DNA of 27,908 bases from assembly GCA_030637655.1 (NCBI GenBank), contig DAOWGI010000033.1:1-27908 (forward strand), in the 5' to 3' direction. A program made the translations under genes and the position numbers. How positions within the stretch are numbered: the first letter of the stretch is position 1; every line of letters begins with the position of its first letter. Shown here in pieces: positions 17,193 through 25,699 of the stretch. This DNA is from a candidate division FCPU426 bacterium. Lineage in GTDB: Bacteria; Oederibacteriota; JAAXVQ01; JAUVAV01. The notes below the pieces were generated by a model. It saw nothing but the letters and a program-made list of their open reading frames with translations. It was not told where the DNA came from and did not search any database.

Positions 17193-17494
17193 AAATACAC
17201 AGGCTTAAGACGCATGATATATATAATGTATCATCTCGTCTCCACACTTGACGTTGGCGCTATTTTTGGCAATTCGAGATTATGTCTTTTAAAAATGGGA
17301 CTATTCTATTTTTTTTACAAATTGCAAAAAAAAGTGTTGCATTTTGCGTGTAAATATTTTAAAACTGAAAGCCTAAAAGTAATGCCCAACAGTGTGAATG
17401 GAAAATGATTAGGAGAGGGGGGCTGTTTCCAGAAAATCCAAATGTTATAAATAAATCCTAAAAAATATTTGCAATGATGAAAGGGGGAAACCAA

Positions 17495-19255
17495 GTGAAA
17501 AAGCTAGTTGCTATCTTAGCAGCAGTACTAATCAGCAGTTCGGTTGTCAGTTCAGCTTTAGCACATCAAGATCAATCCTTTTTAAACAGAGCATCTTCTG
17601 GAATCTTTGAAGAAAATTATGATCTCTTCAAATTAAGTCCGGCTTATCTGCCAGGTTTTGAAAAAAATGCCTTCTGGGGCCAACTCTCCAACCTATATAA
17701 TACCAGTGACCGTCTCGTGAACAATACGAATTCCAACTATTACTTAGCCGGTGGACACATGGATGTTATGGGTATGGGCCGCGCCGGTATTATGAGTGAC
17801 TGGTATTCGTATTCCACGCCGCAGAACACGGATACCTGGAACAGCGGTGCTGGATTCAATGGTTTTGGCGAACGCACTATTGTCCGGTATCGCGATCGCG
17901 ATGATGATGAAATCATCGACTTCCGCGAGGAGACCTATGGCCGCGCGGAGAGAACCACCAACCGTTATACCAATGATATTTACGCGGCCTATGGTATGGG
18001 CGGCATTGCCGGTTTTGATCTGGGCGCCGGTATTCGCGCGAATTGGAATTCCTACGCGCCTACCTACAATCCGTATGCTCCGAGTTCACGTAATTCATTT
18101 GATGAATTCGGTTATGAGCGTGAATTGGATCTTCTAACCAACCAATTGATCTATACCTATGATACTGAAGGTACCGGTTCTTTGACCTATGGGGCCAATG
18201 ACTGGTTCTTGATTTTGTCCGGCCGTTCCCAGAATTTGATGCCCAATACTGATGTGGTGTTCAATGTGGGGCCGGTGCTGCTCGGGCGTGACAATACGCT
18301 GGAATGGAATTGGATGGAAACGATCGATAACGCGCCTAGTGATCCAAACATTATTTCCGAATCACTGCGTGAACGCAGTGAAGAAGGCATGGAAGAAGGC
18401 TATGGCACCCAGTATTATCCGGGTGGCGGCATGGGCTTCTTCGGAACTGTGCGTATGGATATGAAGACCTCCTTTACCGGAGGAGGGCAGTTGAACAACC
18501 GTTTGATTACTGATCTGGGTTTCTATACAGCTGGCGGCACTCTGGATGAAGACAAAGCCAAGAAGACCACCATTGACCGTAATTATTACCGTGCCACCTT
18601 GGTAAGCGGCTTTTTGCAGACCAGAAATGATGTGCAAACCTGGGAAGACACCTGGGAAGGCACTTTCGGAACAACCTCCATGGTTGCGAAAGTACGCGCG
18701 TTGTGGGAAAATGAAGGTTGGGATTATGGTATGGGAATTGGTCTTGAAAGCACGAGCTATGAGACGGAAACCACTTGGGTTGATAATTACAACCGTAATA
18801 TTCGCACTGTGGTCAATGATACGGACAATACCAATGACTCCACTGCAGTCACGACCAGCAGCGATACCCGGGAAACGAAAACCAAAAATGTCATTAATGC
18901 CTTCTCTTTGCCGGTTGCGATTCAAATGCATTTCTTGAAGAATTTCTCAATCCAATTAAGCGCGGAGCATCAAATTGCCTTAATGCAGAATGACTCCTCA
19001 TTGGTAGAAAAAGCACGTGATCTGCAAACCACAGTCACCACCACAGATGATGGGGTGGTAAGCGTGAATGTAATTGGTGATTCCACCAACATCACTGCTG
19101 CTGACAGCTATTCGTCTTATCAGGCAACGCAGAGTACCCATTTTGCTTATGGTGTGACATGGTGGCCATTTGAGCAGGTCCGGGTGGATTTTACCGGTCT
19201 GACTAATATTACTCAATTGTCCAACTATGAAATCTCAATCAGTCTATACTATTAA
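17495..19255 (+). CDS. Putative outer-membrane beta-barrel protein of unknown function
   Basis: GTG start after AGGGGG; signal peptide ending SALA; alternating beta-strand pattern with long Thr/Asp-rich hairpins; C-terminal aromatic beta-signal-like YEISISLYY. Confidence 0.7.
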   Translation: MKKLVAILAAVLISSSVVSSALAHQDQSFLNRASSGIFEENYDLFKLSPAYLPGFEKNAFWGQLSNLYNTSDRLVNNTNSNYYLAGGHMDVMGMGRAGIMSDWYSYSTPQNTDTWNSGAGFNGFGERTIVRYRDRDDDEIIDFREETYGRAERTTNRYTNDIYAAYGMGGIAGFDLGAGIRANWNSYAPTYNPYAPSSRNSFDEFGYERELDLLTNQLIYTYDTEGTGSLTYGANDWFLILSGRSQNLMPNTDVVFNVGPVLLGRDNTLEWNWMETIDNAPSDPNIISESLRERSEEGMEEGYGTQYYPGGGMGFFGTVRMDMKTSFTGGGQLNNRLITDLGFYTAGGTLDEDKAKKTTIDRNYYRATLVSGFLQTRNDVQTWEDTWEGTFGTTSMVAKVRALWENEGWDYGMGIGLESTSYETETTWVDNYNRNIRTVVNDTDNTNDSTAVTTSSDTRETKTKNVINAFSLPVAIQMHFLKNFSIQLSAEHQIALMQNDSSLVEKARDLQTTVTTTDDGVVSVNVIGDSTNITAADSYSSYQATQSTHFAYGVTWWPFEQVRVDFTGLTNITQLSNYEISISLYY

Positions 19256-19277
19256 TCGAAAGGAGCGTGAGCATATA

Positions 19278-20789
19278 ATGAAAAAGTTACTCGCAATTGC
19301 ACTAACGCTCGGGCTCTGTGGAGCTGCCGCAATATACCTGAGCTCCTGTGCTCAATTGAGCGGACCTCTCAGCCCGGAATTAACTCTGTTGTCTGCCAAC
19401 AGTCAGACCGCGGATAAACGTATGCCAACAGTAGGCGGCACCACAGCGCCTGGAAGTGTGTCAGATACTGCTAAAGTGTATTTTATTGAGAGCGGATCAA
19501 GCCCGCGCATGGCCATGGATCCGAATACCCTGAATACGAGTACGGTCCTAGTATATACACAAAATGATGATGGATTAGGTGAAACGCTTTATTCTTATAC
19601 AGTTTCTTACAATGCGACGAATAAAGAGATAACCATTACACCATCAGGTGGTACTTGGACGGATGACAAACATTATCATGTGGTCATCACTACAGGCTGC
19701 CAAAGTATGTCCAATATTGCATTGGATGGTAATGGCAACCGTATTCCTGAAAGCGAGACATTTGACAATGTGCATTTCTATTTCAGTTTAGGTTCAGCCA
19801 TAACTGCGCCTGGGTATACGAGCGCGAATAAAGAGTTACAAGTGACCGCGAGAGTAGAAGCCAATGGGTTTGGCCCTTCAACACTTAATTTTGGCGGTTC
19901 AGCAGTAGGTAATGTTCGGGCTGCTTATTCGTATGTGACTATTACAGTAGTATTGTCTGTAAGCGGCGGGACCGATGATCCGAATATTGCGTATGATACA
20001 TCTACGTTTTTCCCTGGCGGAACTTCTTTACATAGTAATATAGAATTGATAGATTCTGCAGGCAATGTTCCTTCTGTTGTGAGTACATCGAATACTACTT
20101 CTGTTTATTCCAATGATGCCTTGATAATTGTTCTACAAAATGTTCCTGCTAATATTTTTTACGAACTTAAAATCAAAGGCGGAACGAATGGCATTCGATC
20201 ATCTTCCGGTGCTGCTTTGTATGTAAACAAGCCCTTGTATCTGGATGGTGATGGAGACGGAAAAGCGGAAGCCAATGATGATACCAAAGTGGCAAATTTC
20301 GGTACTGCTCAAGCTGACAATACTGATATTCCGCGTTTGTGTGTGTCATTAGTTACTCCTGATCCAAACTTGAATTCCTCTTCTCCTATTGGACAGCGCC
20401 GTATCCAGGTATCTTTCACAATTACGTCCTTCTATGGTACCGGGACTCTGGATCCAGCGACTATTACCAACCAGAACTTCCGCCTGATCAACGAAAATCC
20501 GAATCCGGATGAAGCTTTCCTGCCTACAGCCTTGGAACTGGATAATTCCACACCAGGAGCGCCGGTGGTGTATGTCTATGTGCCTTTGGCATTTGAAGGC
20601 AATTATGGTAATGGTTCGCGTAGTGTTACTCTTCTGGTCCGCAATGTAAAGACCAATGACGGCGCTCAGAGCATGGCCATGGATCAGGATACAGACCATG
20701 GTACTGGGGATCCGACTGGTGACGGTGTAGCTGGCACAGATGAAGACTATTATAGTGGGTCTTTTAGTGTCTATCATCATGGTCAATAA
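19278..20789 (+). CDS. Putative surface lipoprotein with Ig-like (SbsA/Big_5-like) domains and DxDxDG Ca-binding-like loops
   Basis: AAGGAG RBS; MKKLL...YLSSC lipobox; MDPNTLN...ITITP...YHVVIT Ig pattern; LDGNGN, LDGDGDG and GDGVAG motifs. Confidence 0.7.
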   Translation: MKKLLAIALTLGLCGAAAIYLSSCAQLSGPLSPELTLLSANSQTADKRMPTVGGTTAPGSVSDTAKVYFIESGSSPRMAMDPNTLNTSTVLVYTQNDDGLGETLYSYTVSYNATNKEITITPSGGTWTDDKHYHVVITTGCQSMSNIALDGNGNRIPESETFDNVHFYFSLGSAITAPGYTSANKELQVTARVEANGFGPSTLNFGGSAVGNVRAAYSYVTITVVLSVSGGTDDPNIAYDTSTFFPGGTSLHSNIELIDSAGNVPSVVSTSNTTSVYSNDALIIVLQNVPANIFYELKIKGGTNGIRSSSGAALYVNKPLYLDGDGDGKAEANDDTKVANFGTAQADNTDIPRLCVSLVTPDPNLNSSSPIGQRRIQVSFTITSFYGTGTLDPATITNQNFRLINENPNPDEAFLPTALELDNSTPGAPVVYVYVPLAFEGNYGNGSRSVTLLVRNVKTNDGAQSMAMDQDTDHGTGDPTGDGVAGTDEDYYSGSFSVYHHGQ

Positions 20790-20806
20790 GTAAGTTCTTT
20801 TCAAAT

Positions 20807-20850
20807 GCCTGTCCTGCCAAACCGCCGGGTTTGGCAGGACAGGCGCTTTT
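20807..20850 (+). terminator. Strong hairpin, probable terminator of the barrel-lipoprotein operon
   Basis: 17-bp perfect stem GCCTGTCCTGCCAAACC/GGTTTGGCAGGACAGGC with a 4-nt loop, followed by GCTTTT. Confidence 0.7.
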
Positions 20851-20878
20851 CCAGCCAACATATAGTTCAACAAAATAA

Positions 20879-20903
20879 ACGGGCGCACTCAGTGCGCCCC
20901 TAC
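20879..20903 (-). repeat. GTAG REP (consensus copy)
   Basis: Reverse complement of GTAGGGGCGCACTGAGTGCGCCCGT. Confidence 0.9.
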
Positions 20904-20939
20904 AAAGATTACTTGCTTTTTCAGAAAAGTGATGATTAC

Positions 20940-20968
20940 TTGATTAAGAAAATGGTTGCTGCTATAAT
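20940..20968 (+). promoter_or_regulatory. Sigma70-type promoter upstream of the HEPN remnant/MNT gene
   Basis: TTGATT (20940-20945), 17-bp spacer, TATAAT (20963-20968) with a TG extension. Confidence 0.6.
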
Positions 20969-20985
20969 GAAGCTGATATAATTGT

Positions 20986-21090
20986 GATGATTATAAACTA
21001 AGTTTCTCAAAGAAAGCAAACAAGCGTTTTTCGGTAAAATATCTTGGAAAAACCAGTGAGATATTAAAATGGCTAAAAAACTATCTTTAA
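20986..21090 (+). pseudogene. C-terminal remnant of a HEPN-domain toxin
   Basis: The frame reads DDYKLSFSKKANKRFSVKYLGKTSEILKWLKNYL*, resembling HEPN C-termini. Its Trp codon overlaps the MNT ATG. An in-frame TGA lies at 20974 and there is no start codon. Confidence 0.65.
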
Positions 21091-21401
21091 AAAAAACAAA
21101 TATTTACAAAATTCTTCAATTTGTGCAATTGCTCAAACAACAAGGCGTTAAAGTGTTGAGAGTGATACTTTTTGGATCTTATGCCACGGGTTGCGCTGAT
21201 TCTGATAGTGATATCGACATTGCGGTTATTTCAAAACAGTTTGGCCGGGATAATATCGCCGAGATGATGTGGTTGCGCAAATTAGCGCTTAAAGTGGATT
21301 CGCACCTGGAACCGCTTCCCCTTACTCCTCAGGACCTTAATAATTCATACAGCACCTTTGCCCAGGAAATCAAACAATATGGGATCGATGTTAAAATCTG
21401 A
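21069..21401 (+). CDS. Minimal nucleotidyltransferase (MNT/MntA-type antitoxin)
   Basis: ILFGSYATG...SDSDIDIAVIS (GS-x-DxD) motif; 110 aa; ends EIKQYGI. Confidence 0.88.
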   Translation: MAKKLSLKKTNIYKILQFVQLLKQQGVKVLRVILFGSYATGCADSDSDIDIAVISKQFGRDNIAEMMWLRKLALKVDSHLEPLPLTPQDLNNSYSTFAQEIKQYGIDVKI

Positions 21402-21468
21402 GATTGTTTTCAAACGTGCTGTGAATAAGGACCTCGTCCTTGCGTTTATTAATTTCCAAACAACCAAA

Positions 21469-21783
21469 TTAACGGGCGCACTCAGTGCGCCCCTACGATT
21501 TTTTGATTTTGTGTCTATTCTGACGCCTGGCTTCTGACTTCTTAATTCTGACGCCTGTATTCTCCCTTTGAATTATGCTATAATTTTTCAATATTTTTTA
21601 AAAGGAATTCTGGAATTTCCAGGTAGGGGCGCACCGAGTGCGCCCGAAAACCGGTAGGGGCGGATCCACTTGTCCGCCCGTAAAAAAATCAAACCCGTAG
21701 GGGCGCACTGAGTGCGCCCGTAAACAGGCAGGGCCTTGTCACGCCATAGTTCCACAGGAACGAAGGCGGATGACCGCCCGTAA
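21469..21783. repeat. REP cluster: one minus-strand REP, TTCTG heptamer repeats and 3-4 plus-strand REPs
   Basis: REP at 21469-21496 (-); TTCTGAC repeats at about 21518-21563; REPs at 21623-21646, 21654-21680 and 21697-21721, plus a degenerate unit with an insert at about 21727-21781. Confidence 0.88.
21576..21584 (+). promoter_or_regulatory. Extended -10 element upstream of the large secreted protein
   Basis: TGCTATAAT in an AT-rich context; a transcript from here would carry the REP array as its 5' leader. Confidence 0.5.
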
Positions 21784-21796
21784 AAGGAGATTGATT

Positions 21797-24700
21797 ATGC
21801 GGAAAATAAATATTTTTTTTCAGGCTGTTTCTCTTATTCTGCTGGTTTCAACAACTGTTTACGCAGAAACCTACACAGTTACTAGCAGGGAAGACAGCGG
21901 AGTAAACACCCTGCGCTGGGCTGTACAGCAGGCCAATGCCATGCCTGGTGCGGATTTGATTATTTTTCCTGTAGTTAACTCTATAACTGTCTACTCTCCA
22001 ATACAAATTACAGATAGGGTTGAGCTGTATGGTGCCGGAACCCAAGTGGTTGGTGGGAATAAAACTGAAGATGTTTTTGAATTTATGAGCGGTAGTGATG
22101 GAAGCACTCTATCAGCTATTGCAATAAATGAGGCGGATGTGGCTATTGGAATTTGGTCAGATCATAACCGGATAAAAGGATGTAGAATTGGAAGTAGTTG
22201 GTCGGGAAGTGGTGGTTCAGAAATCGGTTTGTATATTGAGGGAAGTTTTAATGAAATCGGGGGTACTGCGGACTTTGAGGGTAATACTTTGGATGCAAGT
22301 TTTACTTATCATATTAAAGTAGAGGATGGAATTCAAAATAATTTTCAAGCGAACTATATACGCGGTGGATATTTTAATATAGACAATGCTGCAGGATATT
22401 GCTTGGTTGGTGGTGAAAGGACAACCGGTGGTAATGTTTTTGCCGGCACTGAAATAAATATAAATGGAATTGGCGGGAATACTATTTGTGGCAATTATAT
22501 CGGTGTGTATCAGGATCAAAGTTCACATATGGCAACAACTGGTTTGGCGATTACTTCTCCGAGTAATGTAATTGGTTTATCCTTGAATAATTTCGGGAAC
22601 ATCATTTGCGCAATTAATACTTGTATGAATATTCAAAGTTCAAATAATGTGATACAAAATAATTTAATAGGACTGAATTTAAATGATATAGCCTGCAATG
22701 CTGCGAACGCTATTGAAATAACATCTGGAGGCAATAATTTAATTGGTGGCGCAAGGAATGCTTTGCGTTTCGAAAGCAATGTTATTGCTGGTGCGAAAAT
22801 TACTTGTATTGTAGTGGGCGGTTCTGGTGGCAATACGATCTCGGGCAATATAATAGGTTTGGATTCTGACGGTGACACTGCTATGGGAGCTAACGATGGC
22901 ATAGACTTAGTAACGTCTAATAATCTGATTGGAGGTTCCAACGCAAATCTTTCCGATCAAAGAGGGAATATTGTATCAGGTCATAATTTGCGCGGTATTC
23001 AGGTGGCAGGGCATAATAATATGATTTTTGGCAATTACATAGGTACGGACCTTTCCGGCACAACTACAATTGAAAATAATCAAATGAATATATGGATTGC
23101 GGGAAGTACTAACACGCAGATTGGTGGATTGGATCCTGGTTTGCGAAATATTATCTGCGGTAGTGACTATGGAATACGTAGTTATGGTAATTCAACATAT
23201 GTGTATAACAATTGGATAGGATATTACGCAGATCTCTCGTTGGATTCTGACCCTCCAATTACAGGTATTTCATTAGAATGGGGTATAAATAATCAGATTG
23301 GAATGCAAAACCAACCGGCCAGTGGGAATCTTATTCGGGCAGCAGCCAACGGAGTTTATATAGCCGGAGCTGGAACTGATTATAATGCGATTTGTGGCAA
23401 TACTATATGCGCATTTGGCAGTAATGGTATTTTATTAGCAGGTGACGGGGCGAACAACAACAAAATCGCACCTGTTATTATTACGCCGTCAGATGTGGCG
23501 CTTATTCAAGGCACAACCACAGGACCGGATGATTATATTGAAGTCTTTGTCTCCAACCGGGGCGCTGGGGTTTACGGAGGCAGTGTTCGCTTCGTCGGCT
23601 CCACTACCGCGGTTTCCGGGAATTGGTCATTGGTCCCAACCGGGTTGACAGGCGGAGAGTATGTGTGCGCTATTGCAACAGACAGCAGTAATAATTCCTC
23701 CGGATTTTCGTTGAACCAATTAGTGCAGGTGCCAACCCCTACGTACACACCAACACCGGGCAATACTCCTACTTCTACACCCACCCCAACCGCAACCCCG
23801 GTTTTTCAGGCCTTTGTCTACTCCATCTCACCGGAATATAGCCATGCCAAAGCCCAAGTGTCATGCACAGTGCGCGGTGAGAGCTTTTTTACGCCTGTGA
23901 GTGTGAGACTGCAGGGTAATGGGATTGCTGCAAGATATGCCGCTAATGTTGTGCTTCTCAATTCCAAGGTGATTACTTGCACTTTTGATCTGAGCGGGCT
24001 GGCGGGCGGGACATATGCAGTCCGGGTGGATAGTTTTGGCGTTTATGGCGTGCTGAACAATGGGTTGAAAATCATTAATCCCATTGCTTTGCCAATTAAT
24101 TGGGAAGTGTTGGATATGGGTCAGGCCGGAACACACGCTATGGCCAATGATACCAGAGGCATCTATGTCGGAGACGGGGACAATGATGCTCTGCAGGAAG
24201 TCTTTTCCGCCGGGTTGCTCCAAAATATTTTAAAATATGACCTGGACACAACTTGGTCAATCTCCGCCTTGCCGGCCGGGACTATCGGAGAAAGTTATAC
24301 CGGTGTTATTACTTGTGATATGGACAATGACGGTTTGCGCGAGGTGTACGGCACAACGCTGGACCATTATGTGTATCAGTTCAGCGGCGCTAATTTGGCA
24401 GCCAAGACCAATATATCCGGGGATCTGGGATATGAGCAGTATGCTCTGGTTTGTGGTGACGGCAATAATGACCATGCTTTAGAGATATATACAGCAGCCG
24501 GGGATGGCAATGAGGGTATTATCTATCAATTCTCCTATGTTGGCAGTTGGTCCAATACACCCATAGGTTCATGCACAGAAAAAATAGTGGCTATAGCAGT
24601 TGGTGACGGGGACAATGACGGCAGCAACGAGGTCTATGGCGCATGTGAGGACCATAATCTTTATCAATTCAAATACAATGGGACCTCCTGGGCCAAGAGT

Positions 24701-25435
24701 ATTGTGCATACCGGTGAAAACGATGCCAAAGCCGTAGTAATTGGTGATGGTAATCAGGATGGTCAAAATGAGGTATATACTGCCAATCTGGATGGGAATA
24801 TATACCAACTCAAGTGGACTTCAGGTTTTTACTGGAATCCTTTGACCATCACTGCTGCCAATTCCTATGCCATAACAGTCAGTGATATTGATAATAATGC
24901 TACAGATGAGCTCTACTGTGCCGGGACAGACGGGCATGTGTATCAAATGCAGTATTCAGGAGGAGCCTGGAATAGCACGGATTTGGGGACTATTCCAGGC
25001 ACAATCTACAGCCTGGCAGCCGGAGACGGCGACAATGATTATCAGCTTGAGTTGTATGCTCTGGCTGGTGATCACCATGTATACCAAATTAAGGCAAGCC
25101 ACGCTAATCCTACAGCCACGCCCACAGTTACACCGATTAAGAATTTTGATGGAAATATAATCTCCAAAAAGCATATCTATGCTGCGCCTAATCCGGCGCG
25201 GGGCAGTCATGCCAACATTGTGATCTATACCAATCAAGCTGCTGATGTCAGCGGCATACTCTTTACCACCTCAAATCAGGAGGTGCTCTCTTTTAGACGG
25301 CACTATTCAGCCGGCAAGAATGTGGAGCGGATCAATATCAGCAATCTGGCCAATGGCGTATATCTTCTGCTGGTAAAAGCCAAAGCAGGCGGAGTGGAAG
25401 AGCGAGTGATAAAAAAGATAGCGATTGTGAAGTGA
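21797..25435 (+). CDS. Large secreted protein: parallel beta-helix, PT linker, IPT/TIG-like domain, FG-GAP/VCBS-type beta-propeller and T9SS-like C-terminal domain
   Basis: AAGGAG RBS and ATG 21797; signal peptide; YTVTS..DSG..TLRWAV; repeated IGG/GNYIG; PTPTYTPTP; repeated GDGDND...EVY blades; C-terminus APNP...LANGVYLL...KKIAIVK. Confidence 0.85.
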   Translation: MRKINIFFQAVSLILLVSTTVYAETYTVTSREDSGVNTLRWAVQQANAMPGADLIIFPVVNSITVYSPIQITDRVELYGAGTQVVGGNKTEDVFEFMSGSDGSTLSAIAINEADVAIGIWSDHNRIKGCRIGSSWSGSGGSEIGLYIEGSFNEIGGTADFEGNTLDASFTYHIKVEDGIQNNFQANYIRGGYFNIDNAAGYCLVGGERTTGGNVFAGTEININGIGGNTICGNYIGVYQDQSSHMATTGLAITSPSNVIGLSLNNFGNIICAINTCMNIQSSNNVIQNNLIGLNLNDIACNAANAIEITSGGNNLIGGARNALRFESNVIAGAKITCIVVGGSGGNTISGNIIGLDSDGDTAMGANDGIDLVTSNNLIGGSNANLSDQRGNIVSGHNLRGIQVAGHNNMIFGNYIGTDLSGTTTIENNQMNIWIAGSTNTQIGGLDPGLRNIICGSDYGIRSYGNSTYVYNNWIGYYADLSLDSDPPITGISLEWGINNQIGMQNQPASGNLIRAAANGVYIAGAGTDYNAICGNTICAFGSNGILLAGDGANNNKIAPVIITPSDVALIQGTTTGPDDYIEVFVSNRGAGVYGGSVRFVGSTTAVSGNWSLVPTGLTGGEYVCAIATDSSNNSSGFSLNQLVQVPTPTYTPTPGNTPTSTPTPTATPVFQAFVYSISPEYSHAKAQVSCTVRGESFFTPVSVRLQGNGIAARYAANVVLLNSKVITCTFDLSGLAGGTYAVRVDSFGVYGVLNNGLKIINPIALPINWEVLDMGQAGTHAMANDTRGIYVGDGDNDALQEVFSAGLLQNILKYDLDTTWSISALPAGTIGESYTGVITCDMDNDGLREVYGTTLDHYVYQFSGANLAAKTNISGDLGYEQYALVCGDGNNDHALEIYTAAGDGNEGIIYQFSYVGSWSNTPIGSCTEKIVAIAVGDGDNDGSNEVYGACEDHNLYQFKYNGTSWAKSIVHTGENDAKAVVIGDGNQDGQNEVYTANLDGNIYQLKWTSGFYWNPLTITAANSYAITVSDIDNNATDELYCAGTDGHVYQMQYSGGAWNSTDLGTIPGTIYSLAAGDGDNDYQLELYALAGDHHVYQIKASHANPTATPTVTPIKNFDGNIISKKHIYAAPNPARGSHANIVIYTNQAADVSGILFTTSNQEVLSFRRHYSAGKNVERINISNLANGVYLLLVKAKAGGVEERVIKKIAIVK

Positions 25436-25484
25436 AATTAAGCGAATTATAAAACTGATGCACGGATTTTATATGTGTCATCCT

Positions 25485-25541
25485 GTAAGGGCGCACCTGC
25501 TTGTCACGCCGAAGTCAACGACGAAGGCGGAAGTGCGCCCG
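25485..25541 (+). repeat. REP variant with a loop insert
   Basis: GTAAGGGCGCAC...[CTTGTCACGCCGAAGTCAACGACGAAGGCGGA]...GTGCGCCCG. Confidence 0.8.
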
Positions 25542-25665
25542 TGACCCATGGCAACGCCCTGATCACAGTGTCTCGGCAATGAAAAAATATCTCATTTTTC
25601 TCATTTTTTTTGAAAGGATTTTGGCAAAAACCTGTCTGAATATATATCCAACCAATATAGGAGAA

Positions 25666-25692
25666 GCAGGGGCGCATTAAATACGCCCCTGC
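25666..25692. repeat. REP-like hairpin between the SD and the start codon
   Basis: 9-bp stem GCAGGGGCG/CGCCCCTGC between AGGAG (25659-25663) and ATG 25700. Confidence 0.75.
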
Positions 25693-25699
25693 AATCAAG

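Noticed and set aside
21623-21783. Possible CRISPR array (also 6412-6548)
   Set aside because: Units differ internally, gaps are short (about 6-25 bp) and irregular, the same units are dispersed in both orientations, and no cas genes are present. These are REPs.
23731-23800. DNA tandem repeat or contingency locus
   Set aside because: It is a Pro/Thr linker with varied codons, not a nucleotide-level repeat.
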